A DNA stretch of 64,000 bases from Candidatus Woesebacteria bacterium. Its GTDB lineage: Bacteria > Patescibacteriota > Microgenomatia > UBA8517. Of the stretch, positions 1 to 9,188 are shown one piece after another. A program made the translations under genes and the position numbers. Under the pieces are notes generated by a model, which worked only from the letters and a program-made list of their open reading frames with translations, did not search any database and had not been told where the DNA came from. Position 1 is the stretch's first letter. Every line of letters starts with the position of its first letter. The DNA is taken from the NCBI GenBank assembly GCA_963716475.1, contig OY970314.1, positions 787,865 through 851,864 on the forward strand, read 5' to 3'.

Positions 1-501
1 GGCCCTTCCGGAGAAACAATAACCATTTCTATCCACTCTGAACAAATTCCTGCCCAGAACGTTCAAATACCGGGAAGCGGCTCATGGAGCTATAGCCCGT
101 CCACCCCGCTTTCTGATGGACCCCATTCAATTACCATTTCCTGGTTGGATGCAACAGGAATCACAAGAACATTAACCAGAAATTTTGTGGTGCAGGCGGG
201 AGAGGTACCGGCTTTTGTTGCCACACCATCAGGTAAAACACCTATCCCGACCCCAACGGCAAGCCCGACACCAAAGACTTCTTCAAGTCCGACACCAACT
301 CCCACTCCAAGACCGACTGTAACCGCTACCCCTTCAGCTATACCCAGTGCAAGACCTTCGACTACCCCCAGGGTAACACCCACGATAGCACCCGAGTCCT
401 TACCCGCCACAGGCGATTTGACTCCCACTCTTCTGCTATCTATCATGGGAATTGCCATAATCGCTTTCGGTTTTTTTGTTTGGAAAATAGCCGATCGCTA
501 A
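1..501 (+). CDS. Partial (5'-truncated) surface protein. It has a PT-rich linker and a C-terminal LPATG-like sorting signal, then a hydrophobic segment and a basic tail (KIADR).
   Basis: Frame 1 is open from base 1 with no stop, and the ORF-track protein ends ...ESLPATGDLTPTLLLSIMGIAIIAFGFFVWKIADR. The LPxTG + TM + charged-tail architecture is typical of sortase substrates. Confidence 0.55.
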   Translation, partial: GPSGETITISIHSEQIPAQNVQIPGSGSWSYSPSTPLSDGPHSITISWLDATGITRTLTRNFVVQAGEVPAFVATPSGKTPIPTPTASPTPKTSSSPTPTPTPRPTVTATPSAIPSARPSTTPRVTPTIAPESLPATGDLTPTLLLSIMGIAIIAFGFFVWKIADR

Positions 502-505
502 GCTC

Positions 506-1537
506 ATGCCCAACCAAGATAAGTCTACCCAAAACCAAAATCCGGTAAGTCTGTCTGCGGACCCGCCGGTCGATCAAGCCACTACGCCACCCGTGGCGCC
601 AGTACTTTTCCCTCAATCGGATCTCCCACCGCTTTCACCCGAGTTTCAAAACCTGTCAAAAAACGATGTTCCCGCTATTCCTCCGGTTAACAGCGATGCC
701 GGTTCGGCTACTCCACCTGACATTTCCTCCGTAATTCCCAAAGCCAAGAAAAAGTTCGGAGGAGGAAAAATAATTGCAACAATTTTGGGTCTGGTTCTGC
801 TTGTTGGAGGAATCGGGGCAGGAATAATTTTGATTCAACAAAAACAACTCGTGCCGCAACAGGCATCAACAACCGGTACTATAAGAATCTGCCACAGTAC
901 CGGCTCTGGCGCCAATCCCTATATAGTTAATAATCCAGACAAAACAGGTGATGTTGGTGGGCATGATGGACACAATGGTCCTATCTGGTATAGTGGCATT
1001 GCCGGAGCTTGGGGAGATATTATTCCTCCTTTTAACTATGATAACGGAGGTCACTATAACGGCAAGAATTGGACCGACGAGGGACAAGCTTTTTACAACA
1101 ATGGCTGCAGTACACCAGCCCAATCACCAACAGCTTCACCGACAGTATTGCCAACGGCATTGCCGACAGCATCGCCAACGGTATCACCAATGGCAACAGC
1201 TTCACCAACTGAATCACCCACGGCGTCACCAATTTCGCCATCTTGTATACCAGTTAGAGCATATGATGATTATTGGGTTACCTTAACAAATGTACAGCTA
1301 TCTGCTTTAACGGCCGGTGACCTTGTCAACTTCTGCGTTAATGGATCTGCTACTTCCGGTAGTTTTGACAAGGCGCAATTCATGATTAATTCAACCATCG
1401 AACCTGAAACTACAAACAAGCGGCCGGGTTCAAGCGATTTTTGCCAGTCCTACACAATTTTATCAACCGACACAACCGTAAGTGTTAAGGCAAAAATCCA
1501 TCACTCGTCGGGTATCTGGGTGGGGGAAAATTTCTAG
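506..1537 (+). CDS. Type-II membrane-anchored surface protein (cassette gene A1). It has a proline-rich N-terminal tail, one TM, a variable Gly/His/Asn-rich middle domain, a PT linker and a conserved C-terminal domain.
   Basis: The 343-aa ORF shares its N-terminus with ORF 2278..3444 (MPNQDKSTQNQNPVSLSADPP...). A single hydrophobic stretch (IIATILGLVLLVGGIGAGIILI) follows a KKKFGGGK motif. The C-terminal about 110 aa are conserved with the paralog. Confidence 0.6.
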   Translation: MPNQDKSTQNQNPVSLSADPPVDQATTPPVAPVLFPQSDLPPLSPEFQNLSKNDVPAIPPVNSDAGSATPPDISSVIPKAKKKFGGGKIIATILGLVLLVGGIGAGIILIQQKQLVPQQASTTGTIRICHSTGSGANPYIVNNPDKTGDVGGHDGHNGPIWYSGIAGAWGDIIPPFNYDNGGHYNGKNWTDEGQAFYNNGCSTPAQSPTASPTVLPTALPTASPTVSPMATASPTESPTASPISPSCIPVRAYDDYWVTLTNVQLSALTAGDLVNFCVNGSATSGSFDKAQFMINSTIEPETTNKRPGSSDFCQSYTILSTDTTVSVKAKIHHSSGIWVGENF

Positions 1538-1539
1538 TT

Positions 1540-2157
1540 ATGAAAAACTTTTTAAAAGGTAAAATTGGAACAATAATAATATTATTTTTCACTGTGATTC
1601 TGGCAGGGGTGGCGGTCTTCACAGCTCTTAGACTTTATCAACTCCGTCAAGAACCCGTTGCACCCAATGTCCCGTCAAGCATCCCCCGTGCAGAAGAAGC
1701 AACTTCGTCACCGGCTGGGGCTTGTACTCTGACGTTTACCATCTCTTCAGCGACAGCGTCACCGACGGAATCTCCGATGGCGTCACCAACTGCGTCACCC
1801 ACAGCCTCGCCAACAGAATCTCCGACGGCGTCACCAACAACCTCATCAACCGTCACACCGACAGCAACACCGACTGTTACTTCCACTGCCACTCCGACCC
1901 TTACCACAAATCCTTCAGGTGCACCTAATTCCTGCGGGGGTACCTGTGGAAGTGATTTAAATTGCGGAAGCGGTTTGTACTGTTACCAGGGTTTCTGTAG
2001 GAATCCTTCCTGCCCAACCCAAAGTAGTTGTAGTTGTCCGAATGCGCCGGCACCAACATCACCCGCCCTTCCTGCTTCCGGTACTGACTGGCCGACAATT
2101 GTCGGAGCAGGTTTCGGACTGTTCATAATAATCGGATCACTCCTTTTGGCACTATAG
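1540..2157 (+). CDS. Small Cys-rich surface protein (cassette gene B1). It has an N-terminal signal/anchor, a PT linker, a Cys-rich module and a C-terminal LPASG motif followed by a hydrophobic tail.
   Basis: The 205-aa ORF begins 3 nt after A1. It starts MKNFLKGKIGTIIILFFTVILAGVAVFTAL..., contains NSCGGTCGSDLNCGSGLYCYQGFCRNPSCPTQSSCSCP, and ends LPASGTDWPTIVGAGFGLFIIIGSLLLAL. Confidence 0.6.
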   Translation: MKNFLKGKIGTIIILFFTVILAGVAVFTALRLYQLRQEPVAPNVPSSIPRAEEATSSPAGACTLTFTISSATASPTESPMASPTASPTASPTESPTASPTTSSTVTPTATPTVTSTATPTLTTNPSGAPNSCGGTCGSDLNCGSGLYCYQGFCRNPSCPTQSSCSCPNAPAPTSPALPASGTDWPTIVGAGFGLFIIIGSLLLAL

Positions 2158-2277
2158 ACCGGCCTGTGTAAATTTTTATCCAATCTTACTGAAATCTCGG
2201 TTTTATCGGCTGTGTCTGCAATGTGATATATTTAAACTGTTTCGTAAATCTGATTTTCTTATCAAATAAAACAAGAA

Positions 2278-3444
2278 ATGCCCAACCAAGATAAGTCTAC
2301 CCAAAACCAAAATCCGGTAAGTCTGTCTGCGGACCCGCCGGTCGATCAAGCCACTACGCCACCCGTGGCGCCAGTACTTTTCCCTCAATCGGATCTCCCA
2401 CCGCTTTCACCCGAGTTTCAAAATCTGTCAAAAAACGATGCTCCCGCTGTTCCTCCGGGTAACAGTGATTCCGGTTCGGCTACTCCACCTGACATTTCCT
2501 CCGTAATTCCCAAGGCCAAGAAAAAGTTCGGAGGAGGAAAAATAATTGCAACAATTTTAGTACTGGCTGTGATTATTGGAGGACTCGGGGCAGGGGTACT
2601 GCTAACTCAACAACAACAACTTTTCAAACAAAAGGCGATTGGAGCTTGTGGTGACGATTGCACAACAATAGGAGAGACAAAGTGCGTTACTGGTCAAACC
2701 CAGTCCTGGATTACAATTTGTTCGGTACCTCTCGCCGGTTGTAGTAATAATTACTGGAAAATAGATCATTACGTAGATAGTTGTTCTTCACCGCCAACCA
2801 GTCCACCCAACCCGGAAAAATGCAGTAACCCGGGCGGAGGCAACCCAGATGGTTGTTATAATCAGTATCCTGGTTATGAATATTGTTCTGTCACCAATTT
2901 CGGTAACGGTGGGCTAAACCATATGCGCTGTGACAGAACTGGCGCTAGCGGATTGTGTACAAATACGTATATAGATCCCTGTGATAACCCCTGTCTTGAC
3001 CGGCCATCAACCCCTAGTTATGTTAAACCACCTGAATGCTCGGGCGGAACACCAACGCCTACTGTTACACCGACATCATCGCCGACCTTGTCACCTACCG
3101 CTACGGCCTCGCCAACAGAATCGCCTACCGCATCGCCAATCGCACCCTCCTGTATTGCGGTTAAAGCATATGATGATGGCTGGACTGTCCTAACGAATGT
3201 GCAACTTTCTGCTCTAACGGCAGGTGACATCGTTAACTTCTGTGTTAATGGGTCCGCAACTTCTGGGACGTTCGACAAAGCTCAATTTAAAATCAATTCC
3301 ATTCTCGAACCCGAAACCACAAACAAACGACCTAGTACGGACGACTTTTGCCAGTCCTACACAATTTTATCAACAGACACAACTGTAAGTGTTAAGGCAA
3401 AGATTCATCACACAACACTGGGATGGTTCGGGGAAGAAATCTAA
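2278..3444 (+). CDS. Paralog A2 of the surface protein. Its N- and C-terminal modules match A1, but the central domain is a different, Cys-rich one.
   Basis: The 388-aa ORF has its first roughly 95 aa and last roughly 110 aa near-identical to ORF 506..1537. The central ACGDDCTTIGETKC...CDNPCLD region is unrelated to the A1 centre. Confidence 0.6.
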   Translation: MPNQDKSTQNQNPVSLSADPPVDQATTPPVAPVLFPQSDLPPLSPEFQNLSKNDAPAVPPGNSDSGSATPPDISSVIPKAKKKFGGGKIIATILVLAVIIGGLGAGVLLTQQQQLFKQKAIGACGDDCTTIGETKCVTGQTQSWITICSVPLAGCSNNYWKIDHYVDSCSSPPTSPPNPEKCSNPGGGNPDGCYNQYPGYEYCSVTNFGNGGLNHMRCDRTGASGLCTNTYIDPCDNPCLDRPSTPSYVKPPECSGGTPTPTVTPTSSPTLSPTATASPTESPTASPIAPSCIAVKAYDDGWTVLTNVQLSALTAGDIVNFCVNGSATSGTFDKAQFKINSILEPETTNKRPSTDDFCQSYTILSTDTTVSVKAKIHHTTLGWFGEEI

Positions 3445-3447
3445 AAA

Positions 3448-4017
3448 ATGAAAAACTTTTTAAAAGGTAAAATTGGAACAATAATAATATTATTTTTCAC
3501 CGTGATTCTGGCAGGGGTGGCGGTCTTCACAGCTCTTAGACTTTATCAACTCCGTCAAGAACCCGTTGCACCCAATGTCCCGTCAAGTATTCCCCGTGCA
3601 GAAGAAGCAACTTCGTCACCGGCTGGGGCTTGTACTCTGACGTTTACCATCTCTTCAGCGACAGCGTCACCGACAGAATCTCCGACAGCATCACCAACTA
3701 CCACACCGACAGTTACCCCAACTGTCACACCAACGGTAACTCCTACAGCCACTTCCACCGTGACTCCAACTTCTTCAGGCTCTCCTAATTCCTGCGGGGG
3801 TACCTGTGGAAGTGATTTAAATTGTGGAAACGGTTTGTACTGTTACCAGGGCTTCTGCAGGAATCCGTCATGCCCAACCCAAAGTAGTTGTAGTTGTCCG
3901 AATGCGCCGGCACCAACATCACCTGCCCTTCCTGCTTCCGGTACTGACTGGCCGACAATTGTCGGAGCAGGTTTCGGACTGTTCATAATAATCGGGTCAC
4001 TCCTTTTGGCACTTTAG
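3448..4017 (+). CDS. Paralog B2 of the small Cys-rich surface protein.
   Basis: The 189-aa ORF is about 95% identical to B1 at the DNA level at both ends. The PT linker differs: TPTVTPTVTPTVTP against SPTASPTESP. Confidence 0.6.
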   Translation: MKNFLKGKIGTIIILFFTVILAGVAVFTALRLYQLRQEPVAPNVPSSIPRAEEATSSPAGACTLTFTISSATASPTESPTASPTTTPTVTPTVTPTVTPTATSTVTPTSSGSPNSCGGTCGSDLNCGNGLYCYQGFCRNPSCPTQSSCSCPNAPAPTSPALPASGTDWPTIVGAGFGLFIIIGSLLLAL

Positions 4018-4082
4018 CGGGATCGTCATCCTCAACTCGATACCCAATAGTAACTTTTACCAAGCTGTGCTGGAAAAGCCAT

Positions 4083-6527
4083 CTATCTCCATGAGGCAAC
4101 CCAGTAATAGCTTTTGTCCAGCCACAAAGGAACTTGAAGTCCTACCCAATGAGGATAAAAATAAACGAAAAGTGAAAAAGCGAGAACAAAAAACGGAAGT
4201 GCCAGCTTTGGATTCCGGCGCAAAACATACCCCGCAGCGATCGCCAAAAAAGGAATCGAGGGAAGATAGTGGTACAAAAACATAATCCTTGGTGAAACTG
4301 CCCAAGGTACAAAGAAAATTAAATAGGCAAAAACAACGAAAGCCAAATTTTTATTTTTCTCCAAAAATGAATAAATTAATGACAAAGCCACCGACGCCAG
4401 ACCAAACCAGAAAACCAGAGGATTCCCCATAGCATAGATTCTTGCAACCATTCCTCCCACTTCCTCACTTGTATAAAGATAAATCGGGCGCATAAGAAGC
4501 GGCCAGCTCCACCAGGGGGATGAATAGGGATGAGTAGCACGAAGGCCTGTGTGATACCACCACATCTGCTCCTGCATTCCCCACCAGATAGACAAATTGT
4601 GCCCCGTTAAAAACATCGGCAGATAAGTTAAAAGGTAAATAGTAATTGGTAAAAGCAAAAAATAAACAAACATTGGTAATCCAAACTTATTTTTACGTCT
4701 TAGCCAAAGAACAAAAATGATCGGGGTTACCCAAAGAGCCGACCATTTTGAGGCCATTGCAAGACCAAATGATAATGCCGACAAAAGATCTTTTTGTTTT
4801 AAGAATAGATAGATTGATAAAAGAGCAAAGAAAAGAATATAGCTGTCGTTCATTCCAATTCTACTCATTACAAGAGCAAGTCCGTCGAGGGAAAATACAG
4901 CCGCCGCCAGAAGCCCAACCGCTTCATCTTTGAAAAGTTCCTTTGCCAAAAGATACACAAGGAATACCGAACCCACCCCGAGGATCGCCCCCGGAATTCT
5001 CCAACCGAAAGAGTTTTCGCCAAAAACCAGCATTCCCAAAACCATTCCCAACTTCGCAAGCGGCGGATGGGTCCACTCGTAGGCAAAACCGGCGGGTGGC
5101 GTATTCCACCATTCCCAAGCCTTGGGATCACCGTGCAAAATGACCCGGGCAGTAAAAGCATGATAAACCTCATCGAAATAGTCATTCTTGGGAGACCACA
5201 AATCAAAAGTTCTGGTTGCAAAGGCAAACATTAATATCAAGATTAAGACAAGTCTTGCCCTTTGGGGGCTAAGTGAAAGCTTTGGCAACTTTTCCGGAGA
5301 CCCTGAAACCCCTCTCTTCTTCCAATGATTAACAAACCGGTTTACGATCAACAGCATCTTTCCCCATTCCGCTTTCAGACCACGGGCAATTGAATAAAAT
5401 ATAACAACCACAAGGCTAATATTTACTACCTCCAAAAGTTTAACTGTAAAGTCGGAAAAGATCTGCCTAAAGTTATCCGTGATCCAAACGTAAGAATAAT
5501 AAAGATTGGAAACATAAGTCAGGGAAAATCCAAGGTAGGGAATTAAAAATATCGGATTCTCAATAGCAATAATTGCCAGCGGGGCAAAAACAGGAAGTAA
5601 ATGCCTCTCGTGCATCCTCGTAAAAAAAATAAAACTGGCAGCGAAAACAAGTGCTGAAAGATAATAGGGTGCGTTCTTGCTTCTCCAAAGTTTAAAGGAC
5701 GCAAATAAAGCTAAAAGTAAAGTCAGCGTATAACCGCCAAGCTGGTAATAAATATTATCCGCTTTCCATAACCCGAACAGCCCCCAAAAGTTAAACGCAT
5801 TAACGGAAGTATAAGGGTACTGACTAAGTGATATTCCAAGCCGTTCATATATAAAAGAAATTAGGTTACCGTGATTCCAGAAGGGAATAAATAAACCAAT
5901 AAATACCAATAAACCAATAAGCAAATAAGCAATTATTTTTTGTACCTTCCACTTTTCTTTAAGCATCATGAATATAATCACAGGGAATATAAATGCGGTC
6001 TGGGGTTTAATCAAAGTCCCTACTGCCAAACTAACGGCCGACAAAATAAAACTAAAAGGCATTAGATACATTGAGAGAGTGGAGGTCAAAGCAGTCAGAG
6101 AATCGACCTGACCCCAAAGTGAGGAATTGGCAAGAATGGCAGGATTAAAAAGATAAATTCCGGCGCCAATAAGCGCCCACTTTTGACCTTTAGATCTTAC
6201 TAAAATTTTATAAATTAGATAACCTGTACCTATATCAGCAAGTACCGCAGGCAATTTATACAGTATCGTGTCGGGAACAATATTCCTGATTCTTCCGAGA
6301 AAATACAAAATATATAGATACCCAGGTAGGTAGTCACTCCAGGAATTATAAAAAACCTTAAATCCGTCTCTAACCAGGGCTGAACTCCAGCCAATAAAAG
6401 TCCCCTGATCAAGGTGTAACGTTCCGAAACCCGAGAAGAGAATTCTCACCATGAACCCGATGAGTAAAACATATACAATATTTGGTATGAAAAAGATTCT
6501 CTTTTTTGCCTTTGTGCTTTCTTTCAT
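4083..6527 (-). CDS. Large polytopic membrane glycosyltransferase that appears to fuse two GT-C modules. The C-terminal half is GT39 (PMT / protein O-mannosyltransferase-like).
   Basis: The 814-aa protein is hydrophobic with many TM segments. Its second half contains ...TRTFDLWSPKNDYFDEVYHAFTARVIL...WRIPGAILGVGSVFLVYLLAKELF, the FDEVYHA-type loop-1 motif of GT39/PMT enzymes. The start overlaps the divergent ORF 6451. Confidence 0.65.
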   Translation of the reverse strand: MKESTKAKKRIFFIPNIVYVLLIGFMVRILFSGFGTLHLDQGTFIGWSSALVRDGFKVFYNSWSDYLPGYLYILYFLGRIRNIVPDTILYKLPAVLADIGTGYLIYKILVRSKGQKWALIGAGIYLFNPAILANSSLWGQVDSLTALTSTLSMYLMPFSFILSAVSLAVGTLIKPQTAFIFPVIIFMMLKEKWKVQKIIAYLLIGLLVFIGLFIPFWNHGNLISFIYERLGISLSQYPYTSVNAFNFWGLFGLWKADNIYYQLGGYTLTLLLALFASFKLWRSKNAPYYLSALVFAASFIFFTRMHERHLLPVFAPLAIIAIENPIFLIPYLGFSLTYVSNLYYSYVWITDNFRQIFSDFTVKLLEVVNISLVVVIFYSIARGLKAEWGKMLLIVNRFVNHWKKRGVSGSPEKLPKLSLSPQRARLVLILILMFAFATRTFDLWSPKNDYFDEVYHAFTARVILHGDPKAWEWWNTPPAGFAYEWTHPPLAKLGMVLGMLVFGENSFGWRIPGAILGVGSVFLVYLLAKELFKDEAVGLLAAAVFSLDGLALVMSRIGMNDSYILFFALLSIYLFLKQKDLLSALSFGLAMASKWSALWVTPIIFVLWLRRKNKFGLPMFVYFLLLPITIYLLTYLPMFLTGHNLSIWWGMQEQMWWYHTGLRATHPYSSPWWSWPLLMRPIYLYTSEEVGGMVARIYAMGNPLVFWFGLASVALSLIYSFLEKNKNLAFVVFAYLIFFVPWAVSPRIMFLYHYLPSIPFLAIAAGYVLRRNPKLALPFFVLAFSLFVYFYPHWVGLQVPLWLDKSYYWVASWR

Positions 6528-7632
6528 TGTTTATTTTTTAACCTCAGCCGGAAAAACCCCTTTCGACTATTTTACTAGACTTTCGGATTCTTTTCTCCAA
6601 GGAAAAATTTACTTAACCGAAAAGCCCTCCTGGCTTACCGAGCTCATTCCTGCCGGACCGGGTAAATTCTATGTAGTTTACCCACCCATGCCCGCAATTT
6701 TATCTATGCCTTTTCGACTAATCTTCAAAGAAAATTTCCAACAGCAATACCTTGCCCACCTTCTGGGTGCGGGAATGGTGGCAATTACCATGCTCATATC
6801 GTGGAAGGTCAAAAAAAACATCAATCTCTTAATTTGGTCAGGACTTTTATCATCAATTGGAACAATAACTTGGTATTTGAGTGCGACCGGCTCTTCTTGG
6901 TTTTTGGGACAGGTAACCGCCGCGTTTTTTCTCACTCTAGCTATTTGGAAAGGAATTGAACGGAAAAACCCGTTTTTGGTTGGGGTTTTTTTGGGAGCCG
7001 CTTATTTATCGCGTTTACAAACAATACTTTCTTTACCACTTTTTTTATATCTTTTTTTCGACAAGAATTGGTTAAAAAAATATTTTTTCCTTTGTCTGGG
7101 AGTTTTACCGTTTATCCTTTTTAATTTTTATTACAACTTCATCCGATTCGGAACAATTTTTGATAAAGCCTATTATTTGATTCCCGGACTTCTGTCCGAA
7201 CCCTGGTTTTCAAAAGGGCTCTTTAACGCAGCTTATATTCCCAATAGTCTCAAGGCTATTTTTTGGTCTTTTCCGAGATTTTCAAGTAAATTCCCATATG
7301 TGACACCATCATGGGCCGGTCTTGCAATATGGATTACCACTCCCGCCTTCATTTACGCATTCCTTGCGAACATCAAAGAAAGGGTTGTAAAGTTTTCCTG
7401 GATTTCCATACTTCTGATATCACTTGTGATTTTCAGCCACGGGACAACTGGTTTTGCCCAATTTGGTTACCGATTCGCCGTAGACTTTTATCCGATTCTT
7501 GTATATCTGACAATAATGGGTGTCGCAAAAACCGGCCCAAAATGGCCACATTACCTGGTGTTGGTACTTGGCATTATTGTTAATCTATGGGGAGTTTTAT
7601 GGATAAACAAGTTTGGCTTCGTCGGATTTTAG
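6451..7632 (+). CDS. Polytopic integral membrane protein, possibly a GT-C-type glycosyltransferase or envelope polymer enzyme.
   Basis: The 393-aa protein has at least 10 predicted TM helices and sits inside the GT-C gene cluster. Alternative starts exist at 6460 and 6487. Confidence 0.4.
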   Translation: MNPMSKTYTIFGMKKILFFAFVLSFIVYFLTSAGKTPFDYFTRLSDSFLQGKIYLTEKPSWLTELIPAGPGKFYVVYPPMPAILSMPFRLIFKENFQQQYLAHLLGAGMVAITMLISWKVKKNINLLIWSGLLSSIGTITWYLSATGSSWFLGQVTAAFFLTLAIWKGIERKNPFLVGVFLGAAYLSRLQTILSLPLFLYLFFDKNWLKKYFFLCLGVLPFILFNFYYNFIRFGTIFDKAYYLIPGLLSEPWFSKGLFNAAYIPNSLKAIFWSFPRFSSKFPYVTPSWAGLAIWITTPAFIYAFLANIKERVVKFSWISILLISLVIFSHGTTGFAQFGYRFAVDFYPILVYLTIMGVAKTGPKWPHYLVLVLGIIVNLWGVLWINKFGFVGF

Positions 7633-9188
7633 CTAAACAAATTCGAATGGGTGGAATTTTAGGTAATGAAAAAGTTTTACTGGCTTGGTTTTTAAATAAA
7701 AAAACTTGGCAAAATATCGTTTTATATCTCATTCTTTTTCTTGCCTTTGCGGTCCGCATCTATCATCTTGGCACAAACCCACCAGAACTTTTTAGTGACG
7801 AAATAACCCAGGTTTTGTCGGCCAGAACCATTTTAGAAACTGGTCGTGATACTAATGGAAAACTAAATCTGTTTTTATACAATAAGATTAAACTCGGTAC
7901 ACCTATTTCCGGTTATTTATCCGCATTTTCGACGTACGTCCTCGGAAATAACAATTTTGCAGTCAGATTACCATCCGTTTTGGCAGGAACACTGGTGGTT
8001 TTCTTAATCTTTAAACTTAACCTTTTACTAACCAAAAATAAGCTGATATCTTTAATATCAGCACTTGTCTGTGCTTTGATTCCGTGGGCAATATATTTTA
8101 GCCGTATTGCCTGGGAACCAGCGTTTACAGTACCTTTTTTACTTGCTTCAATTTATATTTTCATAAACTCAATAAATAATAAATCCGATAAAGGAATTGT
8201 TGTCTCATATATCTTATTCGCAACTTCGGTTTACGCCTCAGACGCAGCAGAATTCTTGTCACCACTGTTCCTAATGTTACTGGGGATTATTTATTTTAAA
8301 AATATCTTGAACAATAAAAAAATTCACCTATTGGGCGGGCTTATTTTTGCGATCTTACTTGTTCCAATAATATTCGTTTCGTTAACCAACCCGTTAAAAA
8401 GTGAGCGAACAATCAAAATCTCCACTTTTGCAGAGGGTGTCAATTCACAAACATTAAGAACTTTCGCAGGTAATTATATTGACCATTTTACCTATAAATT
8501 TTTATTTACAAACGGCGATCCAAACTTGAGACACGGTACAGGCCAAGATGGGGTACTTTATTGGGTACTTTTGCCATTTATCCTTATTGGAACTATTTAT
8601 TTACTGACTCATATAAAAAATAAGGAGAACCAATTTCTTATCTTGTGGGTTCTGGCATTTCCTCTTGGCGGAGCGCTAACAAATGACGGTGTACCCCATG
8701 CTACGAGGACAATAATTGGCTATCCGGTTTTGATTCTAATTGCAGCACTAGGTTTAAAACAAATGTTAATCTATATTAAAAATGTATATGTACAAAAAAT
8801 ATTTGTTTTTATATTTCTTTTGATTCTCTCACTTGAGTTTGTAAAGTTTACCCAAAGCTATTTTATAAAATACCCCATCAATTCCCAGGGTTGGTGGGAC
8901 TACGGGACCAAAAATACTTTGACTTTCATTCAGAAAAACACACGAGGCGATGAAAGTTTATGTCTTCCAAATATAGAATATTGGCATGAGGATACTTACA
9001 CTAATTATTATTTGGGTACGAAAAACAATTATCAAATCACATTTGATGTAAACGATTCGAAATGTTTAGATTCTGATATTCTAGTACTACCAGCAGGTAC
9101 TAATCCGCCCCAAAACTATCACACAATCGATGTTGTCGACAATCTGCAGGGTCAAACAATCTGGAATGTCTATCGATCTGTGAATTGA
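7587..9188 (+). CDS. GT-C family glycosyltransferase (ArnT/PMT-like, GT39/83). The donor is probably a polyprenyl-phosphate sugar.
   Basis: A motif ...GTNPPELFSDEITQVLSARTILETGRD... follows TM1, then multi-TM. GGGGAG lies 4 nt upstream of ATG 7587, and there is an alternative ATG at 7647. Confidence 0.65.
   Translation: MGSFMDKQVWLRRILAKQIRMGGILGNEKVLLAWFLNKKTWQNIVLYLILFLAFAVRIYHLGTNPPELFSDEITQVLSARTILETGRDTNGKLNLFLYNKIKLGTPISGYLSAFSTYVLGNNNFAVRLPSVLAGTLVVFLIFKLNLLLTKNKLISLISALVCALIPWAIYFSRIAWEPAFTVPFLLASIYIFINSINNKSDKGIVVSYILFATSVYASDAAEFLSPLFLMLLGIIYFKNILNNKKIHLLGGLIFAILLVPIIFVSLTNPLKSERTIKISTFAEGVNSQTLRTFAGNYIDHFTYKFLFTNGDPNLRHGTGQDGVLYWVLLPFILIGTIYLLTHIKNKENQFLILWVLAFPLGGALTNDGVPHATRTIIGYPVLILIAALGLKQMLIYIKNVYVQKIFVFIFLLILSLEFVKFTQSYFIKYPINSQGWWDYGTKNTLTFIQKNTRGDESLCLPNIEYWHEDTYTNYYLGTKNNYQITFDVNDSKCLDSDILVLPAGTNPPQNYHTIDVVDNLQGQTIWNVYRSVN

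Larger units (their letters stand above)
506..4017 (+). repeat. Tandem duplication of a two-gene cassette (A+B) of about 1.77 kb. The termini are near-identical; the central modules are divergent or swapped.
   Basis: Direct comparison: 506..~780 matches 2278..~2550, 1540..~1800 matches 3448..~3700, and 1900..2157 matches 3775..4017, each with only scattered substitutions. The centres 850..1130 and 2620..3050 are unrelated. Confidence 0.85.

Noticed and set aside
90-458. Minus-strand ORFs antisense to PT-linker coding regions (90..458, 1647..1907, 3018..3278, 3555..3758), encoding G/V/A/D-rich peptides
   Set aside because: They are the mirror reading frames of the repetitive Pro/Thr/Ser-rich linker codons of the plus-strand surface-protein genes. 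Low-complexity sequence keeps the antisense frame open; it has no start context and no independent domain.
1130-3760. Possible CRISPR array or other non-coding repeat suggested by short periodic repeats (gcatcgccaac..., caccgac... units)
   Set aside because: The periodicity is 9-18 nt, lies in frame inside long ORFs and encodes SPTA/TPTV linkers. There is no repeat-spacer structure, no leader and no cas genes. These are coding low-complexity repeats.
4748-5227. Short ORFs on either strand within 4083..6527 (4748..4933, 4868..5227, 4924..5118, 4943..5143, 6230..6412)
   Set aside because: They are embedded in or antisense to the 814-aa GT-C glycosyltransferase gene, with no motifs or start context.
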